This document shows, piece by piece, positions 36,401 to 44,422 of a DNA stretch of 64,000 nucleotides. Below the pieces are notes generated by a model. It did no database searches. It had not been told where the DNA came from and saw nothing but the letters and a program-made list of their open reading frames with translations. The position numbers and the translations under genes are program-made. Positions within the stretch are counted from its first letter, which is position 1. Every line of letters begins with the position of its first letter. The stretch lies in the IMG/VR virus record IMGVR_UViG_3300033182_000674, positions 155,677 to 219,676 of that record. The stretch is one strand, 5' to 3'.

Positions 36401-38913
36401 TGTGGATATGATGGATTATCTGAAGGTGTACCTGTAACATAATTAAATGCACCAAGTTCAGTTAATACTAACTTATCTTTTCTATCAGCGTAATATGTGA
36501 TATCACCTAATAATACATCACCATCTTGTGGAATAGGACGTTTAATTGAGTTACCACCAACAAACTTATCATCATCTCTCGTTGGTCTAAAATCTAGGTG
36601 TTGTAATAAGTCAATATTATCACCATTGCTATTCACATATGTTGGCTCTTCACCAGACGGATATGAATTAACACAGAAGAAATCACCTGAAGTACTGTGA
36701 ATATAATATTCATATTCAACATAAAGTGTATTAGAAGGTGGAACTCTTCCAGCTTTTGCAATTAATTTACCAATTTGATAATGAGTATCTCTTTGGCCAT
36801 TATCAAGAGTAAATGTACTCATTGCATCTGGACCAGAGGCACTATTAAATTTAAGTACATTAACTTTAATAACATCAGAGTTAAGTAATTCAGCATAGCC
36901 TTTGGCTGGATCATATGTAATAGTAGTTTGCTTTAATCCTTTTGTTTTGACAGATGGAATTAAACTTGCTGTTTCGTAATAAACAACATGAACAACTTGA
37001 TCTTGTAAACCAAACACACCAGCATTAATATCAATTGTACCACTAGTTGTACCAATACCAGAAATAGTAACATCAGTTACTACACTTAAAGGTGTATATG
37101 TTCCATTACCTTCTGGTTTTAGAATAATCCAATCAGAAGAATTACTTAATGTACCACTACCAGTTCCTACAGAAATTTGTGTAATACTATTACTTGTTAA
37201 TGTAACCTGTTGTGTCTTTTGAATTCTAGCACCTTGCATAGATGAAATATTTTTAACATTTCTTCTACCAACGGGGAAGATCATATCAGAATTATTAACT
37301 TCTTTAATGAGTACTTTATTTCCTGTTAATTCTGGAACAACATAAGAAGGAGTATAAATTGCACTTGATGGAAGTTGTGGAACATTTGTCCAAGGATAAA
37401 CAGTTGGATCTACACCATAGGCATTAGTAATTGCTTTTGGAACACCAATACTTCTTGCATAATCTTTAAATGTAAACTTCTCACCTAAATTAATTCTTTG
37501 TGCAGTGCCGCTATTTGTTTCTTCAAGCATTTGAATATCCATCAAATAGACTTTATATTGTCCATTTCCAATAGCTTCAACTGCTTTAATTCTACATGTA
37601 CCAATCCAATAATAAGTACTTGATGCATCTGCTGGAGCATTACCAGAGTTTAATGGAAAAACTGCTGCATCAGAACCAGTATCAATTGCTGGTGTAGTAG
37701 TTGGATCTAAGAATGCATTTGATTGACTTGAAATAACAAGACGATCTAAATCTTTTACACCAGGTAAACCTTGTAATTCATCAACGATTACATAGTAACC
37801 ATAGTCAACGCCAACTGCGTCATCTTCATATGTAATTTCATCATTAATTGGTTTATCTACATCAATAAATGTGGGTGTTGGTTTAGTAATTCTAAAACCA
37901 TTAACATACGCAATACCAGGACTAATTCTAGCAGTTAACTTAGTAGAATCTGTTTCATGCTCATCAAATCTAAATTTAAATGGTTGAACAGTATAATCAC
38001 CAGACTCTTCTTCTGTTCTTTTAGCCATTAACTCATTGATCTTATTATAACCTTCATATCCAGTTACTTGATCAATAGCTTTTGAGTTTTCAATAGTCGC
38101 ATAATAAATGAATGTATCTGATGAACTAATATTAGCTTTGTCAATTAACTCAAGAGTAATCTTTAATCTATCTGCACCAGGCGCTGTTGTGTTAGGTAAT
38201 AAACCTTGATTATCAAATAATGATGGATCATCATTTGGTGTTATAACTTCTTCATACGCTCTGAAACCAACTGTACCAGTATAATCATCACTATACTTTG
38301 ATAAGTATATAGTTTGTGATGGAGCTCTAACAAAGAAACCTAAAGCAAAAAATTCAGCTTGATTAACTGAAATGGTAGTGCCTTTACCTGTTGCAGGATT
38401 AAGAGTAGTATTTGTGGTCTGTACTTTTAATACAGCATTACCATCAACTTCGTTTAAGTCTTCACCTGCTGCTACAACAGGTGATGTTGTTTGTGATGTA
38501 ACACCTGCTGCAATTGCTGCTCTATCGGTATAACGTACATATAATGTTGCAGGATCAGTCGCTGTAGCAGCAAGGATATCAACAACTGTACATCTAATAC
38601 CAGTCGTAGCACCTTCAAAAGTTCTGCCAATAAGAGTTGTAATATCAGATGGCAAATTAGTAACAGCATCTAATTTAATAAATTGAATTTTTCTATCAAT
38701 TTTGGCACCGCCTGGATTTGCAGCAGCACCTTCTTTAAATATATTACGACCAAAGATTGCAATTTCTTCTTGAATGATAGTTTGTAGCTGAGTTAACTCT
38801 CTAGCTTGCAAATGTCTTTCATTATTAAATAAGATTCTATGATATCCCTTTTCGATATCAAAGTCATCTCTATATTTGCTTTTAAGAGTATTCGCTGTTA
38901 GTTTTGTAGCCAT
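33460..38913 (-). CDS. DUF4815 / VrlC-like large virion structural protein (1817 aa)
   Basis: YRDDFDIEKGYHRILFNNERHLQARELTQLQ...IFKEG; NRAKSGFFVDNF; DPIAQSFKV; C-terminal FQLKLVFTS...VPVVRDLRAIALA. Confidence 0.85.
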   Translation of the reverse strand: MATKLTANTLKSKYRDDFDIEKGYHRILFNNERHLQARELTQLQTIIQEEIAIFGRNIFKEGAAANPGGAKIDRKIQFIKLDAVTNLPSDITTLIGRTFEGATTGIRCTVVDILAATATDPATLYVRYTDRAAIAAGVTSQTTSPVVAAGEDLNEVDGNAVLKVQTTNTTLNPATGKGTTISVNQAEFFALGFFVRAPSQTIYLSKYSDDYTGTVGFRAYEEVITPNDDPSLFDNQGLLPNTTAPGADRLKITLELIDKANISSSDTFIYYATIENSKAIDQVTGYEGYNKINELMAKRTEEESGDYTVQPFKFRFDEHETDSTKLTARISPGIAYVNGFRITKPTPTFIDVDKPINDEITYEDDAVGVDYGYYVIVDELQGLPGVKDLDRLVISSQSNAFLDPTTTPAIDTGSDAAVFPLNSGNAPADASSTYYWIGTCRIKAVEAIGNGQYKVYLMDIQMLEETNSGTAQRINLGEKFTFKDYARSIGVPKAITNAYGVDPTVYPWTNVPQLPSSAIYTPSYVVPELTGNKVLIKEVNNSDMIFPVGRRNVKNISSMQGARIQKTQQVTLTSNSITQISVGTGSGTLSNSSDWIILKPEGNGTYTPLSVVTDVTISGIGTTSGTIDINAGVFGLQDQVVHVVYYETASLIPSVKTKGLKQTTITYDPAKGYAELLNSDVIKVNVLKFNSASGPDAMSTFTLDNGQRDTHYQIGKLIAKAGRVPPSNTLYVEYEYYIHSTSGDFFCVNSYPSGEEPTYVNSNGDNIDLLQHLDFRPTRDDDKFVGGNSIKRPIPQDGDVLLGDITYYADRKDKLVLTELGAFNYVTGTPSDNPSYPQTPDNSMALYTIDMPGNVSGPDYVDYTMIDNRRYTMRDIGKLDKRITQIERTTALSLLELDTKNIDVLDADGRNRAKSGFFVDNFASGYNADTRNPEYRASIDILNKNVRPGYLSKHIGLYFEPNLSSNTVLKGDNVYLDYTEEVAISHDQANSTIQVNPYMTLDYPGHITLSPASDTWHVTEYMDPNIIDNGTVVHYEGALRWNDWNFNWHGVDPNQLSVGDSVSQTHVTGSTNRQTSNREGGGTRTTSWRDDTVTTVVNTITSSNIVHEEIGDREVSVDLIPFMRSRYVSFKGEGLMPNTRVWPFFDNADVSSWCRRESFSRKAIEMMNANIDADKIEPGNIYDLAQAIPGGADELYTDAQGTVEGVFFIPNNNTRRFRTGENEFKLLDISIPKEKDAISKAKTIFTSTGYLHTRQKDILSTRHLEVTGVETSVVESSVNWTNFQPDPGDGDGGDPIAQSFKVTDPAGMFATKVTVYFESKDENPVWVQLRPMVNGYPSSTDILPGSYKLLQSSDVVTSADATVGTDFEFDEPVYLKGNTEYAVMVQTVTPAYKVWMSKVGEFELGTTEKRISKQAFYGSLFKSQNASTWEALQWEDLKFDLHKANFGDNASGKAVLVNHSPPRKLLQFDPIVLWWDDDPTETNPQYIKILHPGHGFQVGNTVTIDGVDNSVISGLNALNDDHTIVKVDHTGYTIDKPAGFSVTPPSPIAPTPVGGNSVVVTQCFAFNSVQPAIAVLEPTGSAYNLKGQFTSTQSYAGQESLYAQDPTEHFSLINNEDNPLDNYPRVIRDRGQENPASYNAVSKSAIVTVNMTSSNKYVSPVVDMQRASLTMIENVIDNPGTGNGYNEVIGFVPETSATGGSAAAKHITKPVSLLNNASGLKVLIAANRPSVCRMDVYYRTTQGSDGIYEKEWTLATPDSLVPSDENKNIFRDYEYTIGGVDGTLDDFDTFQLKLVFTSTTMGKVPVVRDLRAIALAN

Positions 38914-38931
38914 CTATCTTTTCTCTTTAAA

Positions 38932-40773
38932 TTAAATTGGATTATTGCCATTAAGTTGTTTAAGCTTAGTAACTATTCTATTTATTGCTTCTACTAAAGT
39001 AGTCGGAGCAGGAGCTTCCCAATCAGTAGGTATTAATCCAGCAAGAATTGTTTGATCTATTGCTTCAGGTGCATTTTGTGTAATTGAAGCTTCAACTGCA
39101 GGTGTTACTTTATTAACAACATAATCACTATCTATAACAGTAGATATATCATCATTTATTGAAGCGCGTGTTATTGGTGCAGCCACATGCTCAAATGTAT
39201 GAATATAGCCAGAAACGCTACCAGCATAATCTGTTAAAAATGTATAGTAATGTTGATTATTTGGTTCTAAAGAATAAGTATAATTACTAGTAATTGTTAA
39301 TGTAGTAAAGTCTAAAGAAGTACCAGTAATATTAATTAATTTATCACCTTTAGATATATTTTTAACTTTTGCTATCCAAGTAGCAGTTACTGGATCTGGA
39401 TCATAAAATCTAAATGCAACTTCTCCATTTCCATTTTCGTTAAAGTGTATTGCTGATACACCACCAAAACCTTCACCGCCAACAAATGGATTACTATGTA
39501 CAAAATTACCACTTGAATCCATACTTACTTTGGTATCGCCAATATACATAGTTGCGGAAGAAAGATATAAATCTCTAAACTTATTGTCTGGTTCGCCTAG
39601 ATCGTATACACTATTTGAAGCTGGAATTAAGTGAGTACCAATTTTACCATTTAAATAATCTTCTAAACCAGCAGAATCTAAACCAGTACCAGTAGTTTGT
39701 CTTGCTTGTACATAAGCTGAATCAATAATAGTAGTTGCATCTACTTGTCTTGCTTGTACATAAGCTGAATCAATAATAGTAGTTGCATCTACTTGTCTTG
39801 CTTGTACATAAGCTGAATCAATAATTGGCTCTAAGAAATCTTGATCTATTGTTTGAGCAGCAATATTACTTACATATGAGAATGGAACTCTTGCTTGTAC
39901 ATAAGCTACATCTACAATACTACTTACAAAACTTGATTCAAATTCAACTAAACTATTAATGTAAGTTGCATTAACAACATCTTCAGGCATAACTTGGTTT
40001 GCTTGTATATAAGCTGCATCAACGATACCAGTTACAAAAGCAGAATCTTTTACTGGTGTTTGGTTTGCTTGTATATAAGCTGCATCAACGATACCAGTTA
40101 CAAAACCAGAATCTCTATAAAAGTCTACCTGTCTTGCTTGAACATATGCTGAATCTACAATATCAACAACAAAACCAGAATCTCTATAAAAGTCTACCTG
40201 TCTTGCTTGAACATATGCTGAATCTACTAATGATGTTACACCATCAGCATTTAAAAAACCACTGTCATTTACTAAATCACTAAGAGCTGCTGGAGCGCCA
40301 GTTAAAGATGAATAAGCATAATCCTGTCTTGCTTGTACATATGCTGAATCAAAACCAGTAACACTGGCAACAAATGGAGCGACATACGCTGAATCAACAA
40401 TTGAATTTATTAGATCAATTACGTATGCTCTATTGTCATTACCATCAATTTGTGTAGTAATATTATTATTACTATCTAATTCTATTACACCATCACCTAA
40501 ATGAATAACTTTATTACTTAAATAAAGATCTCTAAATCTTTTAGATGAAGTGCCAACATCAAACGATGCATCTGAATCCGGAACTAATGTAGATTTAATA
40601 TCACTAAAATCTAATCCATATTTTAAATCATTCCACGGAGTAATACCATTACCAACTTTTACTTTGTTATAAGTAGTATCTAAACCGAGTTCACCATCAT
40701 TTAAAACCGTATTGGCATCACGCCAACCAACCCAAGTGTCTCTTCTAATTTTAATTATAGTTGGCGCGGCCAT
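38932..40773 (-). CDS. Fibre protein with Mtd_N/hyaluronidase-like N-terminal domain and DSAYVQARQ repeats (613 aa)
   Basis: IIKIRRDT...NTVLNDGELGLDTTYNKVKVGNGITPWNDLKY; two YDLGxxxxxFRDLYLS motifs; many DSAYVQARQ units. Confidence 0.8.
   Translation of the reverse strand: MAAPTIIKIRRDTWVGWRDANTVLNDGELGLDTTYNKVKVGNGITPWNDLKYGLDFSDIKSTLVPDSDASFDVGTSSKRFRDLYLSNKVIHLGDGVIELDSNNNITTQIDGNDNRAYVIDLINSIVDSAYVAPFVASVTGFDSAYVQARQDYAYSSLTGAPAALSDLVNDSGFLNADGVTSLVDSAYVQARQVDFYRDSGFVVDIVDSAYVQARQVDFYRDSGFVTGIVDAAYIQANQTPVKDSAFVTGIVDAAYIQANQVMPEDVVNATYINSLVEFESSFVSSIVDVAYVQARVPFSYVSNIAAQTIDQDFLEPIIDSAYVQARQVDATTIIDSAYVQARQVDATTIIDSAYVQARQTTGTGLDSAGLEDYLNGKIGTHLIPASNSVYDLGEPDNKFRDLYLSSATMYIGDTKVSMDSSGNFVHSNPFVGGEGFGGVSAIHFNENGNGEVAFRFYDPDPVTATWIAKVKNISKGDKLINITGTSLDFTTLTITSNYTYSLEPNNQHYYTFLTDYAGSVSGYIHTFEHVAAPITRASINDDISTVIDSDYVVNKVTPAVEASITQNAPEAIDQTILAGLIPTDWEAPAPTTLVEAINRIVTKLKQLNGNNPI
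39697..39825. repeat. Perfect 48-bp tandem repeat, 2.7 copies
   Basis: ttgtcttgcttgtacataagctgaatcaataatagtagttgcatctac at 39697 and 39745, partial copy at 39793. Confidence 0.92.
39994..40227. repeat. Two adjoining direct-repeat pairs: 46 bp (39994/40060, period 66) and 59 bp (40100/40169, period 69)
   Basis: Exact matches read from the sequence; encode VTGIVDAAYIQANQ and VDSAYVQARQVDFYRDSGFV. Confidence 0.85.
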
Positions 40774-42203
40774 TACGCATTGCCTCCATCAATAACTGGA
40801 TTAGTTACGCTGCCCCATGTAGCATAATTAGAACCTGTACTACATTCAGTTAATTCGACAACAATCTTAATATCTTCTGTTTGGTTGATTACTCTTTCAA
40901 CAGCAGTTCTATTATGCAAATAAAGAATATCACCAGACCAAGGATCAACTTCAGGCTTAACTCTTGGATCAGCAATCGTTGCATTACCAATGCCACCTTG
41001 TTCTGTAATAGTTTCACCAGCTTGGAAAGCAACATAACCAGTGCTATCATTTTGGTGATACCATAATTCTGTTCCAGTGTTATTAATATCATCAACAATA
41101 CCTACAGCACCAGATGTTGAACCTTCAAAATATCTATCTTTTGTAAATGAAATTGGACATGCAGACAATGTCATTGAATATAAAGACTTACCAGTTACAT
41201 CAGTAAATGGATTGCCTTGTGCAGAATCCATTGGATCTTTTAGAATTGCAATTTGTCTAAAGTCTTGTAAAGTAATAAAGTCATCATCATCACCAGCAAT
41301 TTTAACATTAAACATTACTGAATTACATAATAGATCTGACGGTGCATCTTTACCAAAACCTTTATTAGAACTAATTACTGGTCTAACAACTGCACCAACA
41401 CCATTTGAATCAACTAATGTTAGAAGTGCACCATCAACTCCTGAGATATAATCTAATGTAGATGAATCATTTTTATATTCAACTTTAGCAATACCACCTG
41501 TAGAAGAATCAACAAAAATGTCTACCTTATTAGTTACTTGCTCATTAATATTTAATTTAACATTTGAAGAGTAACCGCTACCGCTATCATCAACAATAAA
41601 TGAAGTAATCATTTTAGGTCTAGCTGCGGTTTGAACTTCATATTGTTTTAGAGCAATACCATTAGAATTAGAATCTACAAAACCAATTGTTTGAGTAGGC
41701 ATATAATTCTTAGACATAAACAATGATGCTTTTAATGTAGATACGGTGTACAAGAATTTCCATACATAACCATCTGATAATTCAAATGGATCATTATTTG
41801 CAGCAGTTGGTTGAACAGTAGAAGGAACTGGAACACCTTGATCATTTCTACCAGTTCTTAAACAAACATAAACACCATAGTCATTATTTAAAACAAAGAA
41901 AGGTGAACTATATTCACTTAATCTTAGCTTATCGTCATATTGAGAATATACAGTTCCTTTTTTCCAGTCAAATCTTTCTACTACTAAAGATGCAGCACTA
42001 ATTTTAATAATGCCTTGCATACCTTTTCTGAAATCATTTTCATTAATGTAGTTATTGATAGGCATATCAGGTGAATCTAAATTATTTGCCCAAGCCTCAG
42101 ACTTACCTACTGCGACATAATAGTTTGAAGTAGGATTACCAATTTCTCTAACTAAGAAACTTAATAATTCCTTTTTAAATCTGTCTGTAACGATTGCTGA
42201 CAT
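40773..42203 (-). CDS. gp8: Baseplate wedge subunit gp8
   Basis: NYYVAVGKSEAW, RFDWKKGTVYSQYDD, YGVYVCL, DGYVWKFLYTV, SGDILYLHNRTAVER...EDIKIVVE; position after gp6/gp7. Confidence 0.9.
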   Translation of the reverse strand: MSAIVTDRFKKELLSFLVREIGNPTSNYYVAVGKSEAWANNLDSPDMPINNYINENDFRKGMQGIIKISAASLVVERFDWKKGTVYSQYDDKLRLSEYSSPFFVLNNDYGVYVCLRTGRNDQGVPVPSTVQPTAANNDPFELSDGYVWKFLYTVSTLKASLFMSKNYMPTQTIGFVDSNSNGIALKQYEVQTAARPKMITSFIVDDSGSGYSSNVKLNINEQVTNKVDIFVDSSTGGIAKVEYKNDSSTLDYISGVDGALLTLVDSNGVGAVVRPVISSNKGFGKDAPSDLLCNSVMFNVKIAGDDDDFITLQDFRQIAILKDPMDSAQGNPFTDVTGKSLYSMTLSACPISFTKDRYFEGSTSGAVGIVDDINNTGTELWYHQNDSTGYVAFQAGETITEQGGIGNATIADPRVKPEVDPWSGDILYLHNRTAVERVINQTEDIKIVVELTECSTGSNYATWGSVTNPVIDGGNA

Positions 42204-42204
42204 T

Positions 42205-44421
42205 TTAATATACCTGTGTTATACCGTAAAGTTGTTCATCAATTAACTCTTGAAGAGTCATATTCTTAATTGACCTATTGTGTTTTAAATCAAAATTTCC
42301 TGGATTATATCTGACATCATCGTATTTAACTAGATCCCAAATATACTTATTTTTTCTTACTTTAACAATAGTAAAAACTATTGCCGCATCCACTTGATTA
42401 AAGATTGTAGTGGGTGACGATCCTCCAGTATTAGTTGTCCATTCAGCTGGTGTCAATCCAGGAAATACTGTTAGAGATCCTGTGATACTATTACTATCTG
42501 GCCACACCTGTGTCACAAACCAATCATCGGATAGTGTCATTCCATTTGCATCTTGAATATTACCTTGTGTAAAAGTACTATTCGTAAGAGTATTTTTATT
42601 ATTTATATGAATTTCAAAACGATTTTCATTTGTTTGATAACCAGTAGTTGTCTCATGAGCTATATAATACATTCTAGTTATGAAAATGTCATGATCTGAA
42701 TCAGCAAAACCAATAGGTAATAACATTTGAAAATTTTGTGATTGGCCGCTAGAACTAGTTGTAACTTTATCAAATCTACTTCCCCAATTTGCAGGAGGTG
42801 TAACATTACTATAATATTGAACTGCAGCTTCATCAATAACAATATCTTTTGCAATTGGAGGTGATTCGTATGGTATAGTATTACTTGCATCCACAACAGG
42901 AAGAGCTAAACCACTATAATACAAAGTTTTTGATCTAGTACCAAGATCAAATGTTCCACCACCTTTATTTACTCTTTCAATTTGTGATTCATTTTTAGTA
43001 TATGTAATTCCAATTTCATCGCCATTGAAATAGTTCCAATTTGGATTCTGTGAATAGTCATCTAAAGAACTTGCAGAATAGAAACGCATTGGACTTCCAT
43101 ACCATTCACTATAAGATAAACTTGGATTATAAAAAGGATCAGACGACTTTAAATTAGCTAAATATTCTCTTTCATCTAACCAGCTTTTTGTGGCCATACC
43201 AGCAACTGCTGGATACGTTGGCGTATAAAGAGGAGGAGTGGTTCCTGGTTTACGATAAATTGCTGAAATAACATTATTACCTTCATCACCTATTTCATAT
43301 CGAGAAATATTACCAATAATCATGGTTTCTTCATATCCAATTGAATCTACATGACAAATTCTATCTGTCATTAATTCTTCTGATAGATAATCATAATCAC
43401 TTTCAAACATTTCAGCTACAACTGTTAAATCTGTAGGTGCAATATTATTATGCATACTTTCCCAGAAACGAACTGATATACTAGAATCTAATACGATATC
43501 TCTTCCTGTACCATATACAGCAGTTGATGTATTATATTCCTCATAGGAAGGACCCCATAATTCTAAATAATCCATTTCGCCGTTATTAACAGATGGATCA
43601 TTTATACCAAGTAAAGAACCAGTTTCATATGAGTCACACCCAGGTCCTAATAATTTCCATTCATCAGCTCTTCTTGTATTTGATATTGCACTAGAAAGGT
43701 AAGTATCAGTATTACCAATTGGAGATTTACCGGGCTTATCGACTAATGATCTATAATCAAATTCTACTTTGCTTTCTGTGTGTAAGTCATTGTCAATTTC
43801 TGGAAGTACAGGCATCGGGCGGACATCAACATTCTTTTTAGTGTTGATCCACATATTGTGATACAAGTAAATACCAGCTGGGTGAACATATTTCTTATAT
43901 AAGTTACCCCACTTAGCAATTGAAATTTCAGATGATAATAGAATAGATAAAATCTGAAGAGATTTACCATTTTGAATATACTTTTTACTGTCTGGACCGA
44001 TCTTAGATTCAGGATCACCAATTGTAAAGATGTCTTCCTTTGGATAATGGAATTCCATATGAGTATCAAAGAATGCTCTAAAGAATCCTTCGATAGAATA
44101 TTCAGAACCTTTGATTCTAAAATATCTTGCAAAGTTCTTAACAATTTCTCTTGGATTGTCGAAGAAATCTCCCGCAATACCAAGTCCAACTTCTTCAAGA
44201 ATATTATCAATGTATTGTAAGTCAGTAGTGCTAACATCTCTTAATCCTTTTAGATCATCGATGACTTCACTGAACTCACCTTCTTGATTCATATATTCAT
44301 AATACGCTTCAAGGAAAGCAACCAACGTCGGATAATCGGTCGCAAAATACTCAGGCAACACTTCCTTGATTGCATCAATTTCTAATATATTAATTGGTGT
44401 TCTTAATATTTTATTAGACAT
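42205..44421 (-). CDS. Baseplate wedge subunit, gp7-like N-terminus with long unique extension (738 aa)
   Basis: LPEYFATDYPTLVAFLEAYYEYM, YFRIKGSEYSIEGFFRAFF, KKYVHPAG; lies between gp6 and gp8. Confidence 0.7.
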   Translation of the reverse strand: MSNKILRTPINILEIDAIKEVLPEYFATDYPTLVAFLEAYYEYMNQEGEFSEVIDDLKGLRDVSTTDLQYIDNILEEVGLGIAGDFFDNPREIVKNFARYFRIKGSEYSIEGFFRAFFDTHMEFHYPKEDIFTIGDPESKIGPDSKKYIQNGKSLQILSILLSSEISIAKWGNLYKKYVHPAGIYLYHNMWINTKKNVDVRPMPVLPEIDNDLHTESKVEFDYRSLVDKPGKSPIGNTDTYLSSAISNTRRADEWKLLGPGCDSYETGSLLGINDPSVNNGEMDYLELWGPSYEEYNTSTAVYGTGRDIVLDSSISVRFWESMHNNIAPTDLTVVAEMFESDYDYLSEELMTDRICHVDSIGYEETMIIGNISRYEIGDEGNNVISAIYRKPGTTPPLYTPTYPAVAGMATKSWLDEREYLANLKSSDPFYNPSLSYSEWYGSPMRFYSASSLDDYSQNPNWNYFNGDEIGITYTKNESQIERVNKGGGTFDLGTRSKTLYYSGLALPVVDASNTIPYESPPIAKDIVIDEAAVQYYSNVTPPANWGSRFDKVTTSSSGQSQNFQMLLPIGFADSDHDIFITRMYYIAHETTTGYQTNENRFEIHINNKNTLTNSTFTQGNIQDANGMTLSDDWFVTQVWPDSNSITGSLTVFPGLTPAEWTTNTGGSSPTTIFNQVDAAIVFTIVKVRKNKYIWDLVKYDDVRYNPGNFDLKHNRSIKNMTLQELIDEQLYGITQVY

Positions 44422-44422
44422 A

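Noticed and set aside
38932-40773. Mtd_N-like domain suggesting a diversity-generating retroelement
   Set aside because: No reverse transcriptase in the window and no template/variable repeat pair differing only at adenines; the repeats seen are exact or synonymous
42600-42607. TATAAATA on the minus strand inside the gp7-like gene, ~400 nt upstream of gp8
   Set aside because: Lies within coding sequence of an AT-rich genome and can arise by chance; not reported as a promoter without transcript data
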